Positions 50,399 to 62,615 of a DNA stretch of 64,000 nt are shown here, in pieces. Made by a program: the position numbers and the translations under genes. Under the pieces are notes generated by a model. It searched no databases and was not told the origin of the DNA. It saw only the letters and a list, made by a program, of their open reading frames with translations. Each line of letters begins with the position of its first letter. The stretch's first letter is position 1. The DNA comes from Antedon mediterranea. Its lineage: Eukaryota > Animalia > Echinodermata. The stretch lies in NCBI RefSeq assembly GCF_964355755.1, contig NC_092672.1, forward strand, positions 23,387,237 to 23,451,236, written 5' to 3'.

Positions 50399-52449
50399 CA
50401 GTAATGGCGACAGCGGAGGGGCCGGGGGGGGGGAGTCGTCGGGGAGTATTGGCCATATTTGTCGGGGAGAAAAATATGATCATTTCTTTTCTGGTAAAAA
50501 ATAAAACCATATTAAGTGTACTACATTTTAAGTAACTGCGGCATTCCATTTTTGACGTACGTACGATATACTGACAGCGAAGTAAACAGTATGTGGTACG
50601 CATTTGTCTGGCGGTGTCTCTTTGTACGAATCTTTCATGGCCCGGCCCGCAATATTTCTTTTCGTACATAAGTTGGGGATCCCTCGTAAAACGTCACAAA
50701 ATAAACATGAATATTCATTAGTCATATCCATAAGGTCTGACGTAAGAATTGAGCTAACTACAATTCGCTAATGCAAACGATTTCTGTCGGGCCGTCTGTG
50801 TAGTCGAGTGGATACGACTATGGACTTTACATGTCGATGTATGGGGTTCGAATCACATGAGCTACTTCTTTTACTTTATACTAGTGAGAGAGAGATTATT
50901 TAGAGGGTTAGATTTAGTTATATTTAGGAAGTAGTTCGGCTATCTTTCACATGGGGTCCCCAACTTATGTACGAAAAAAAAAATCGCTGCCCGGCCCGGC
51001 CGGCTCACTGCGGTATACGCGTCGACATATCTGGGCTGTATCATATTACATCCAGGGACCAAAATGTGTATTTTTCAGATTCCAGGCCAAAATCGAAAAT
51101 TCATTTGCAACTACGCATCGACGTACGTTCATACAGGGATAAAGCTACGAGTTATGTTCTCACGGTTGAGTTTACGAATTGTTTCAATTTACCAATAACC
51201 ATTGTTGTACCGCGTATATGTTCGCTGTCGATTAAAGGGGTTTGGGTGGGGGTTCGATTGGGAAAAAGAAGCCGTTGTCCCGAACCATAAAACAGGGTCT
51301 GGTCACGTTTCTTTTCACGCATAAATCTCGATCTAGGGTGTGGGGGGGGGGGGTGAATAGGGTGGCTAGCCACCTCCCTTAATTCTAAAGGGGAAAAAAA
51401 GATGCACCAAACCCGCGACCGTCGCTAGAGACGCGGATTCGACGCACTTGACTCTCTTTTAATTAAGAAGAGTAGGCTAGAGTTATAGTTGTGTAAATAG
51501 GCCTACATATTGAAAGAGCTAAGAGTTTAATTACTATTTATGAATTCAAGAGTTTAAAAAGAAAAAGCGATTTAAAATCTTCGGAAAATACCCACAACTG
51601 AGTTATTTTCAAAACACATGCACTCCCACTACCAGCATCACGTTGTCTTAGCTCGCTCCTCGTGTGAATGCTGACGTCATCACTCTCCAAAAATACACCA
51701 TTTTCCGCCCTGGTTCGTGTGCAAGCTTTAGCGTGGACCTGTATATACACCCCTGAACAAAGTAGAGTGTAATATTGTGAACTTTTTTCTCGCGTATGAA
51801 GGTTTTTTATATAATGGTATGCAGTATAAACGATAAAAAAAACGATAAACATGATGTTCTTTTATTATTATTTCATAGGCATAACATAAACATGAAATGT
51901 CTTGTTCTATGTACACGGCCGAAAAAACGTGTGTGGCGTATTTGGTATTTTATTGATTTGTGTTAGAGACACGGCGTTAAGGCAATCATCATTGTATACA
52001 AAATTACATTGAGTTATTCACCCGGCTATAGGGTATATTTGAGGTTAACAGACCACCAAAGCACAGTCGTACACTAAACACATGCACTATTGAGGCATTT
52101 TCGGAGTGCCGCATTACCAAATGTTCATTTCGTTTGAAGTGTTTTTCGATCAAAGTTTATTATTAGTTCGTCGAAAAAGATCCGTATTAGAGTATTTAGG
52201 AAGGATTTATTTAAATTTACATTATTATGTGACATTGTTATTAAATTTAATGGAAACAGTTGCTCTAGCCTATTAAACATTGTGTAAGCATCTATTTTTT
52301 TCAAAATTTTCTGAGGCTCGGGAGGGGGAATACCCCCTCCCAAACCCACCCCCGCTTTCGCGCGTACGGCCCCCGTGGGGGAATTCGGCCCCCCGTCGGG
52401 TAATTCGGCCCCCCCACCCACGATCGGGGAAATCCTGGCGCCACCACTG
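50399..52449. mobile_element. hAT-like non-autonomous element (2051 bp), 8-bp TSD
   Basis: Termini cagtaatggcg / cgccaccactg; TSD tgacattg (50391-50398) and tgacatcg (52450-52457); empty site at ~34406. Confidence 0.82.
50649..50987. mobile_element. Shorter member of the MULE-like family at 19793, nested in the hAT-like element
   Basis: Same termini (ttcgtacataagttgggga / tccccaacttatgtacgaaaaaaaaaatcgc); ~10-bp TSD ggcccggccc/tgcccggccc. Confidence 0.82.
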
Positions 52450-54189
52450 TGACATCGCTGTATTAAAGGTCCAGTGTATTGTCACAGGAGCCAGTAAATC
52501 AAATGGTTGTTATTAAGTATATCTGAAGGATGTAAGTGACATCCGTTAGGTAAATTGTGGAATTTGGGGGCAAAATAATTCCCCAGAATTATACCAGCCA
52601 AATGAGCGAATAGCATGAGTAACATATGAGTTAGCGCCTGTGTTGAAGTTAGGTGTTGGATGATGCCGGGGGATGGCTGGGTGGAAAGATTGAAAAGTTT
52701 GTACAACTATTAAATGGCTAATTTAACAATGAAGTGTGCTATTATGCATCTTAGTAAACAACTAAAATACCCATTGGTTGCCAATTAGAAATTAGCCTAT
52801 CCTACATTTTGTGGTTCCACTATTAGATATACCCGTTGGTCTATAGAAATACATTGTCAATTACTGTGGTTGGAACTTTAATTACCTGTAGAAACAATAT
52901 ACCATTCATCCTAACACTTCTGTAACTCTGAAATCTACCCACATTATATACCACATCCTTAGTTAAAAAGAAAGTACTTGTGCTCTGTATAAACTATAAT
53001 TTATTACTTTAAATTTCCTTTAACATTTTCTAACATTAATGTTAAAAGATTACTTTTAAAAGAACTTATATAGACAAATTTCAAATTTCAGTACAAGCTA
53101 TTTAACTATTTAAAAAATAAATATGCCAAGTTATATTTTAATCAATGGATGTAAATGACTTTATTATATAAATGTATTACAATTGTTTATAAACTCTTCA
53201 TTTTTGTAGCACAACTAATATTGACCTTGGTTTATCCTTGTTTCAGTTGGATGGTCCTACCTTTACAATAGAATTACATTCATTTTCACAGAGTAAATTA
53301 AAATTTATCTCCTTTAAAATTAAATTCAATACACTTTATCCCATAACAATTTTCTTATGAATAAATAGATGGAATTATTCTTAGTTTATTGATTTGATTC
53401 AAACCAATTTCATACACATTTACACTTCCAGAAATATTCTGTTCATTTTACTACTATTATACAATTCATTTATTAGCTTTGTTATGGGTTTAACAAGCTA
53501 AATTCTGTCTGTCATATAATATAATAATTAATAGTCAAAGGCAAAAAATGTCTTAATAGGCAAACAATTTCTTATTAATCATACATCCTAATAATCTATC
53601 CATAATTGTTTCATAATATCACATAATAATTTTGATTTTTATTGTGCTACAATAAAGTTCAAATTACACAGTAAAATCTCTATTCTTTTGTACATAAATG
53701 ATAGAGAGGCACTTTAAACAAAATTGGAAAATAAACGGTGTTGTAAAGAATATTATCAGATGACTATAATATAGGTAAATATAACGTTACGTTTCTGGTG
53801 TTTTTATGGTCAAATTTTTATTTTTGTTTTATTGTTTATTGTGGCTAGAACTATACTGTTTCCTTCGCTAGGCTGATCCTAATGCTAATCCTAATGCTCC
53901 TAATGTTCACATGATTATCATGGACCGATATGTCCCCCACCTTCAAATGAATAACCTTATTTTTTCTCATAAAACCAAATAAAGAAAGCACTAGATCAAG
54001 CATTTAGTAAAAATGTTATACCTGCATTTTCTTACGCACAACGCCTTTGCACCTACGCTTAGCACCTTCCAATATCATGTGCAATTACACTTGAGTTATT
54101 GTCTTCTTCTTCTAGACTGCAATCATGTTCCCATTTAATACTGAAATATGGAGATTCAATCCTGGAATAGCACCATTCACCATCACAAC

Positions 54190-54622
54190 CAAATACAACT
54201 TAGCATTTGTTCAACATTATCGACTCCATAACTCAATTAACCATTTAGTAGGTAGCCTAACCAATACGGTTCCTGCCACAATCATCCAGTTTATGGGCGC
54301 TTGGTCTGTGGCTGTAGCCATTCAGTTTTCCTTAGTCATTTGACTTAACCATTCCCAATTGGCAATTGGTAAGCGTCTATACGCAAACAACACTGAGCTA
54401 CTAAACCGAGGAATCTTAAAATTATCAAAAGTGAGTTGACCCCAAATGGCATTCCAAATAATAGAAAAAATTTCATTCATAAAAATCTATCTCCCTGCTG
54501 AGCAGATCAGCCTCCCAATTGCGCTCTCTATACACCCATTGGACGTCTCTGAATAAATTTTTTCGCAAAGCTCTAAAGCCAACTGATTCAAGTCTTCATG
54601 CATGCTACCTTTCCTACAAATT
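54190..54622 (-). mobile_element. Duplicated, truncated copy of the DIRS pol relic
   Basis: Nearly identical to ~36133-36565. Confidence 0.85.
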
Positions 54623-55479
54623 GAAAAAAAAATGAATTAGTAGTTTCTATAATTATAAATTGCTTAAAAAAATAATTTGGGATTTACACTACCCATCTGA
54701 ATATCATACACCTTAATCTGAATACCTTATCAACATGAATCAGAACATTTTTATATTGTCCTTTATTAATAATTATAATTTTGACAACCATTCTGATGTT
54801 TGTTCATGGTTGTGCAGAGCCATGATAAATACAATTGTCACAGCTTGAATAAGGTGACAGGGAGAAAATTAAATGAAAACTTTTCTCAATAATATTTCTC
54901 TGCTCAAATGCTGGATTGTAATGAGTTTTTAATAGTAAATGTGTCCATATAATTTATTGTTTGTTAAGTAGCTGGTCTTTTACAACACTGATGTTTAATG
55001 TGAAATGGTTAAATGTATTCAAAGTGAGATCTGACAATGCAAATTATCTTAATTAAAATCATTTATATTAAAAACTTTCAATTGTATTTATATTATATTT
55101 TATTAATTTTAAGTGCTGTTTTTAAAATACAATTGCAGTCTACCAAATCATGGAGCTATAAAGCTCAATGAGACTAAACACTATTAACTTGTGATGTACA
55201 CAGCCTATTTAATACTTAGTTGAAATGCCATTATTAGACATTTTTAATCATTGATTTATTTAGAGAAGTTAATAAAACTTCACCAGAAGTTTTAGAATGG
55301 TCATATCAGTTGTTTTGATTATTTATACTACTATAACAATATGTTCACATTTTGTAGTAATACACTACCAACATGTATAGATAGTATTTACAATACCCAT
55401 CTGAATAATTATACTACACCTTAATCTGAATACCTTATCCAATCTGAATACAGTGTTTAAACAGCGAATACTGTTTTGT

Positions 55480-57130
55480 AATTAATTCATTCCATAAGAC
55501 CATAATTTAACATCAAATAAATAGTCATAAAATTAAATCTTCTTTATTTTAATATATTCCTCTTTTTGTTTTCTTTTGAAAAAGATTTTAATACACCAAA
55601 AAAAACAACACAAATATAAACATCTACCCTGTATACACATCGGGTCAGATCATTTTTCTATTTGACCTATTCGCTTCCCTTCAATATCTACATCCGTCAC
55701 TAGGACAGAATAATCTGGATTTTTTTGTTTTACATTAATCCAAGTTAATCAACTACCACACTCATTTATTTCAAACAATAACATTTTTTAGCATAATTAT
55801 TTTTTTTGTTAAATGACTGCATAATTAGTTATCCACACCTTGGCGGATAACTCCTTGTGATTGTATAAAATCATCATCAACTTTTTTTATCTGTATTATT
55901 CTTCTTTCATTCCATATTTCATAACTTTGTAAAGTTTTGTGCACCTCCTACTTTTTAAAAACGTCAGAGTTGCACAACATGACTTTCGCACGATTTTATG
56001 AATTTAAATGATTGATCATAGATTAAAAACCAAACGTCATTTTGTATTGACACTTTTTAAATTTAAGTCATATCAAGAGTAACTTTCTGTGGATTGAAAA
56101 TGCCATGCTTCACACAAAGTTACGCGCACAAGATTTTTTCTTATAACCAACACCTGCAATTGCTGTAACTAATAATGCGTATTTTCATTATAAGCCTTAA
56201 AAGAATTGAAAAGTCAATTAAACCATATCAAATTTTAGTTTAATGATTTTACTGATTTTGATTTTAAATGTATTATGGCTACCCTTACAGTACATGATGG
56301 CATTGTTAACCCTATTTCACATTGACCATTCTTATTATTTTAAATGCATAATTATGGCTACTCATACATGCTGATTGCATTCTTAACCCTATTTCACATT
56401 GACTATTCTTTTTATTGTACAAGTTACTAAATGTTTTAGTTTACTTAATTCACTTCCCACAACCTTAATCAATAATCACCTTGACAAATTTCAATATAAA
56501 TTTACCTCCTGGTTCATCCTGTTTTTCATCACTGTTTTCCTCCTTGTACTCTATTTGCACAAACATACTTTGCCTATTATATTATTCTTAATAGTTGTTG
56601 TTTACAATAGTGATGAAAGCATTAATTTTGAAAATTTCTGTAATTTCGCGTGGAAGTAATCATATTTATCTTAATTTATGTCATGTTCATCCCACCAAAA
56701 TCTGATGATGAAAACAGTTACCATGAAATTAGTACTTATGTAGAAACAAGGCTATATAAAAAAAAGGATAGATTCAGGGTTTAACAAAATATATGACATA
56801 ATCAATTTTAACCGGCTGAAAACATCTATTGAAATCCTCCATACATTATGTAGAAGAGCTAACTATTGCAATATGCTTTATTAGTTGATGCCATTCCAAA
56901 AGATTGTAAGTATAATTAAGAATCATAACAACAATATGTCTGTACATATTAAGGATGAATGTATTATAACAAATAACACATAACACATAACAGCAAAATG
57001 TATACTCATGCTTTAAATCAAAAGCTATTACTTCTCGTGTTTTAAACAAATGGAATGTTGCTCTCAACGCCCAAAACATAAATCTGATAAAGAAGGTGAA
57101 AAATGAAAAAAATATACCATTATAAACCAT
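55480..57130 (-). mobile_element. Possible very old L1/Tx1-like LINE relic
   Basis: Only scattered minus-strand motifs (e.g. 'DFGGMNM' at ~56690); no continuous frame. Confidence 0.25.
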
Positions 57131-58017
57131 TACATAAAATTGTTCCAACTAACTTACAGCTGTATCTGGAAATTGAAAAAAATGAATGTTATATAATGTG
57201 TTATTGAAAATGAAAAGCATATGTTCTTTTATATTGTATACATAACAAATTATGGAAAAATGTTGATAACATTTTTATAGGAATAGACAATAGCAGAAGT
57301 TCATTTAAAGTAGGGCCTACCTCTTTAATGCAGGCTCAGATTGTATACAGTATATACATGTATACAGTGCAATGCCAAGTATCTAATACCTTGCAATTGT
57401 ATATTCTTTTAACAATCATAAATCATACAGGTTTGATAATGCATTTTTTCTCATATTTTAATAAAATAGGTGTTTATCAAGTCAATACTGTATTCAAATT
57501 TAGGAACAGCTTAATCACAAAATAATGGGATAATTGTGCACTTTGTAATATTAATAATTCATTATAATGATGTATTGATACTTTAACACTTCTTTATTGT
57601 ATCTTGAACTTTGTTGTTATCATTGATACAATAATGCATGAATGATCAAGTGTCAACAATTATAGAGCATTCATATTAACAGTTAATGTTGACTGATATG
57701 ATTTTACTGTACCTTTCATCTCATCTTGAAAATTAAAAAAGTAAATAAAAATTAATCAAATATTAAAAATAATACAAATATAAATAAGGCTGATATTGAT
57801 GATATTGATTGCAATTTGCCTAATGAGGTTTGATGATTAAAATGAGAAGGGTGAATTTTCAATACAAGATGTAGGCCTACTGTAAGTAATAATAACCTGT
57901 CATTCTTTTAAAATACAAAATAAATTGGCAAATTGATGGTAAATGCCACTTAAAAGAGTTTATATGAAAGTATTTGTATGAAAAAATTGAATTATCATAT
58001 GCATTTATTATTTTTAG

Positions 58018-58116
58018 TATGGAAGCACACCTCTGATTAAAGCTGCATATAAAGGTTTTCATGAAGTCTGCTTGGTCCTTCTCAATAAGGGAGCTGATGT
58101 AAATCACCAAAACGAG
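58018..58116 (+). CDS. Ankyrin-repeat exon C (99 nt, phase 0/0): YGSTPLIKAAYKGFHEVCLVLLNKGADVNHQNE
   Basis: ttatttttag| ... |gtactt; strong ankyrin consensus. Confidence 0.9.
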
Positions 58117-61100
58117 GTACTTTCACACATTGTATTTTAAACATTTTTAAATATAGGTGGCCAGTACAATTAAATTAATAATTTATGTTTTGTCATTGAT
58201 ACTGTGATTGTAGGATAATTCAAAGTTAGTACTAGTTCAAAATCTAGACTATTAGTATATTTAAATTTGTTTGAAAATGTATACCACAAATATTTTTTGA
58301 CATGTGCACAACAAATAGTTTGTTTATTTTGCTTTGTTATCCTATTTTGTAAAGAAATTAATCAGAGCCTTATCATTAAAAGTTTATATTATTTATGCAG
58401 TATGTTTATTATTTACATATTTCTTGGTAGCAGAAATGAAGCTCACCTTATTCTGTCATGTACGATCCTCATAGGGGTTTGAATTCAGTACAGTACATTG
58501 CATTTCATATGCCATTTCTTATACCTTACTGTACTGTATATTTCTCCCCCTTGACCATAACACATCTTTAAAACTAAATTTAAGAAAAAAATTGTTCTTT
58601 TCTATTGTTTGTGACAGATTCTACTATGTCTTGTCACTCAATAAATTTTATTTAACACCAAAAACGTACATTGTCTCTATACTTACCTATATTTCCCGAT
58701 GACTTTACTTTTACCTGGAAAGACTAATTACCAAAGAAAAGGTGAAAATCATTGTGTAGTTAAATGTGAATAAATGAGGGCACAATTATTGTTATTATTT
58801 TGGAGGCATTTCATGCATGCATTACCACAATACTGTAATTTGCGCACGGTTTTTTGGGTTTGTGCAGTTTAGCAATACCGCTGTGTTGTTGGATTACCAC
58901 AATGCTTTCTTTATATTTATGTTATAATTTAAGAATCAGTTTTTAAAAATGATTTGATAATAAATATCTGCTATTTAATTAATTAATGTACGTTTAAAAT
59001 CCAAAAACAAAATGAAATTAGACCTTATCTTTATTCATTATACTTATATTTTAACGATTTACATTACTGTATATGTCTCTATTTTTTATTCCTAGACATT
59101 TTTTTGGCGCATGATCATAATTGTGGCACTTTTTCTATAAACAATTTCATAGAATTACGATAAATAATATTAGTAAGTTAAGGCATGTATGCAACAATAA
59201 TGCAACTATGTTACAAGTGGTTGGTTGCAAATAAGTTGTCCATACGCCCACAAAAACGGAGTGGGAATCTAAAAGAAAAGTTTAAAATATTTAGAATTTC
59301 AAAGTAATTTTTACGAATGAGAGTACGTTTATTGTTAATACATAATATAAAAATAACGCTTAAAATAGAACGACGTTTCGACTCCATCATGGGGTCATTA
59401 TCAAGTCCAATGGATAAAATATAAAACAAACTAATTAAGTAGCACAAGCTAAAAAGTTATTTTCATTGATTATACTATCCTTAGTCATGATTTCATTGAG
59501 TACCTTGGTTTACAAATTGATAACTATATTTCAAATGAAATGAAGACTATGTTATTGTTACATGCAAAAAAGCACTGAATTCAAGACTGACATTTTTGTA
59601 CAGGCACTCTATCTTCTTAGACATGTAAAGTAGACACTTTTATGCTCTGCAATAATTCAATGTGTTTTCGACTACTGTATGCTACATCAGTCTGGTATTC
59701 TGGTTTAACTTCACTCCTCAAAATAAACTGTAACCCTAAATAAAATTGTACAGTTTATTCTTATCACCCACTAAAAATCTACCACTAATGAAACAATTAA
59801 CAGTAGAAAATGTTGAGTTATTTTGGAAATATTCTGGATTTTTTTTTTCTAATTTGTTGAACTTCAGTTTTAATGTATGTTTGTCAATTCTCTATGTTTT
59901 TCTTCTCTCAGACAAATGTGGTACTACATTTTTCGCATGTACGCGCTCATGAACTTTTGTCTGTCCCACTAAATAAAGTTGAATTGTCAAGTTTGTTGAA
60001 TTTAGCCTGGTTAATGTATGTCCGTTCATTTGTTAATTTAATATTTGTACAAATGTAGGACATACAGTATAGCATCTTTACTTTTTATAGGGTCTATTGA
60101 ACCTAGTTTGACTGTCCATCTTTCTGTTCTCAATTTTAACCTTTGGACTTAGGGTATTTAATATAAAAATGCCACCTTCGGTTTTTGCGAGTGGAAGATG
60201 TGGAAATGACAATTCACAACGAGAGTATCTCCCCAATCCTATATTAGAACAAAGTAAATTCACTTTATCTAATTATAATTTGAGTAGAATATAAAAAATG
60301 ATATAGAAATATAATGAAACACCTAACTTTTTCTTCAAATATGTTAGATACAGAGATGCTGTACTGACAGCTGTAAGTTGCTAACTTTTTTTGTGCAATT
60401 GTTGTGTATTAAAATTGATTAGAGAAAAAAGAAATCACAAAACCATTTAATCTTTTGTAGTTTATTGTAAAGAACATTGTTTTTATTTCATTTTCAAAAA
60501 TAGTAGTATACACTTACATATAAATAGAATTCAGTACTTAAAAACATAGGCGTACAATGTTTCAAGCAGTTAAGGTAAGGGGAATCATTGGACAGTATTA
60601 AACAGTTAACATTTAAAAAAAAAATTAAATTTATTGTATTTCGGTTCTCAAACAACAAGTGTTGTTCAGTGACTTTATAGAGATCATCACTGCTAGCTGC
60701 CAAGATATGTTTTTCTTGGTTCTGTGAGATTTTGTTTAGTACATGCTGTTGTATCTCTACACATTTCCAAACTCCTTTATTGCTTTATTAATCCTTCTAG
60801 CTTCATTTTCATTTTGTTTGTCATTTCTGTCAGGGTCTGTTTAATGAATAGGAAAAAATATACTATTTAGTGACATGATTTATATATTTATACTTTTATT
60901 GTACATGAATGTTATTAAAGTGAAATGAGGTTGGTTATTTTTTTTAACATTATGTACAAAATTGAACTATGGTGAAATTCATGCTGTACATGAATGTTAT
61001 TATAAAAAAATGTTACACCTTTGTACCAGTAACTTCCATAATGAATGAAGGAATGTTGAATACTTTGATTTGGATGAGGGTGGGGCTACTGATATTTTTT

Positions 61101-61371
61101 ACCTACCGTTAATAGGTTACTTAATATTATTTTATTTTTATTTTAATTTATATATCAACTGACAGATATGAAAACCTCCACTAAAAAGTTGATAAACATG
61201 AAACAGTAACATCTTTATCTCATTGAAACATTAAACAACGGAAACAGGTTAATAATACTGCAGTGTAATTCTTTAATATAACAAACAGTATGAATATTAT
61301 TATTATAAAGTGTTGTACATTAAACAAGCATTGCGGATTGTTTGTATATTAGAAATAATGCACAAAATTAA

Positions 61372-62615
61372 ACTAGAAAGACACTCCGAGAGTGCATACC
61401 CCCGCCTACTGTAAAATTCTCCTACATAAGATTTCTCCAGTAAAAAAGAAATATATATTATATATATTTGTGTGCGTCTTAATGCTGTTTCTGATTTAGG
61501 CTACCGTATATTTCGGTGTTTTTATTTATACAGTAGTTATACGCACGATCGCCGTACCCCCAGCGCAAGCCCTTCTTTTGGTGGCCACATGGTGTACGGT
61601 ATTCGACTAGTATATTCTCCAGGTGATTATAGCATGGACCTAGCGTACACACTTCTCGGATACATAGATACTAATCGAATACGATTGTCCGTTAAAACGT
61701 GCGCCCTCTCGAAATGATCGAGCGAGGCTAGCCCACACACGTACATCGTGTTACACACATGGTCATGCACTCGATGTTGCGGCGAAACTCATGAATAACA
61801 AGAATAGAAAGAACTTGTTGAGGCTGGGCGCGACCGAGCCTAGGTAAGAAAAAACCTAAATAAAGGACGCCGTTGTAGATATAACAAAATATATTATTAC
61901 AATAATATTGATTACAATTTAAAAAAAACATTGTTTTGATGAAATATAAGGTGCGTCTTATACATCGACGATATAAAAAATACCGATATTTTACTCTCAG
62001 TTAGGGGGTGCGACTTATACACCGAAATATACGGTAATTTAAATGGATGTGTAGAAAGCGACGACCCCGAATTGGACGACCCATAACACGAAACCGACGA
62101 CCCCTATAGCCTAGCCTAGGCTTGTGTGGTATAATATCGCGAAGCCGAATTTAGCCAAAGATATTTAAACCATACCTTATATAATACTCGCAAGCAAGCA
62201 ATTGATTGAAAAAATACAGAAATATCGCCATTTGATACCGAATGTGTCGACACAAACAAACGAACAGATATGGAACGCCAAGAGTACATCAATAAAACTG
62301 CATTTGACTCGATTAGCACACGAAATATCATAAACATGGCAAACCAGGTCAAAACGGCCCCTTTTTCAGCGGCAGGTAAGGTTTGACCGTATACAATGCA
62401 TGTGTGAAATGTAAGCTTTCTTATGGCCCTCCCCATGCACATGTTCGCAACACGCTGCTCGGTAGACCTATAGTGTTCCTTATAAGAAGACGAGATATAA
62501 TTATACGTCCATGGTTTAACCATGTAATTTATAATATTTATTTCTTTTTAATTTATTTTCAATTTGTCAGACAAACACACACGATCGATTACATATACCT
62601 CCTTGGCGGAGGTAA
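61372..62615 (-). mobile_element. Helentron-associated-like element carrying nested insertions
   Basis: Minus-strand 5' ttacctccgccaaggaggtatatgtaatc...gtgtgtttgtctg and 3' ggcgggggtatgcactctcggagtgtctttctagt; pairing of the two ends is inferred. Confidence 0.6.
61504..62034 (-). mobile_element. Internally deleted, inverted copy of the MITE at 23255
   Basis: TA|ccgtatatttcggtgt ... acaccgaaatatacgg|TA; twin ORFs 23340+ and 61728-. Confidence 0.88.

Larger units (their letters stand above)
44251..54622 (+). repeat. Segmental duplication unit B2
   Basis: Paralog of 28085-36565 with a 2-kb insertion; ends within the DIRS RNase H relic. Confidence 0.93.
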
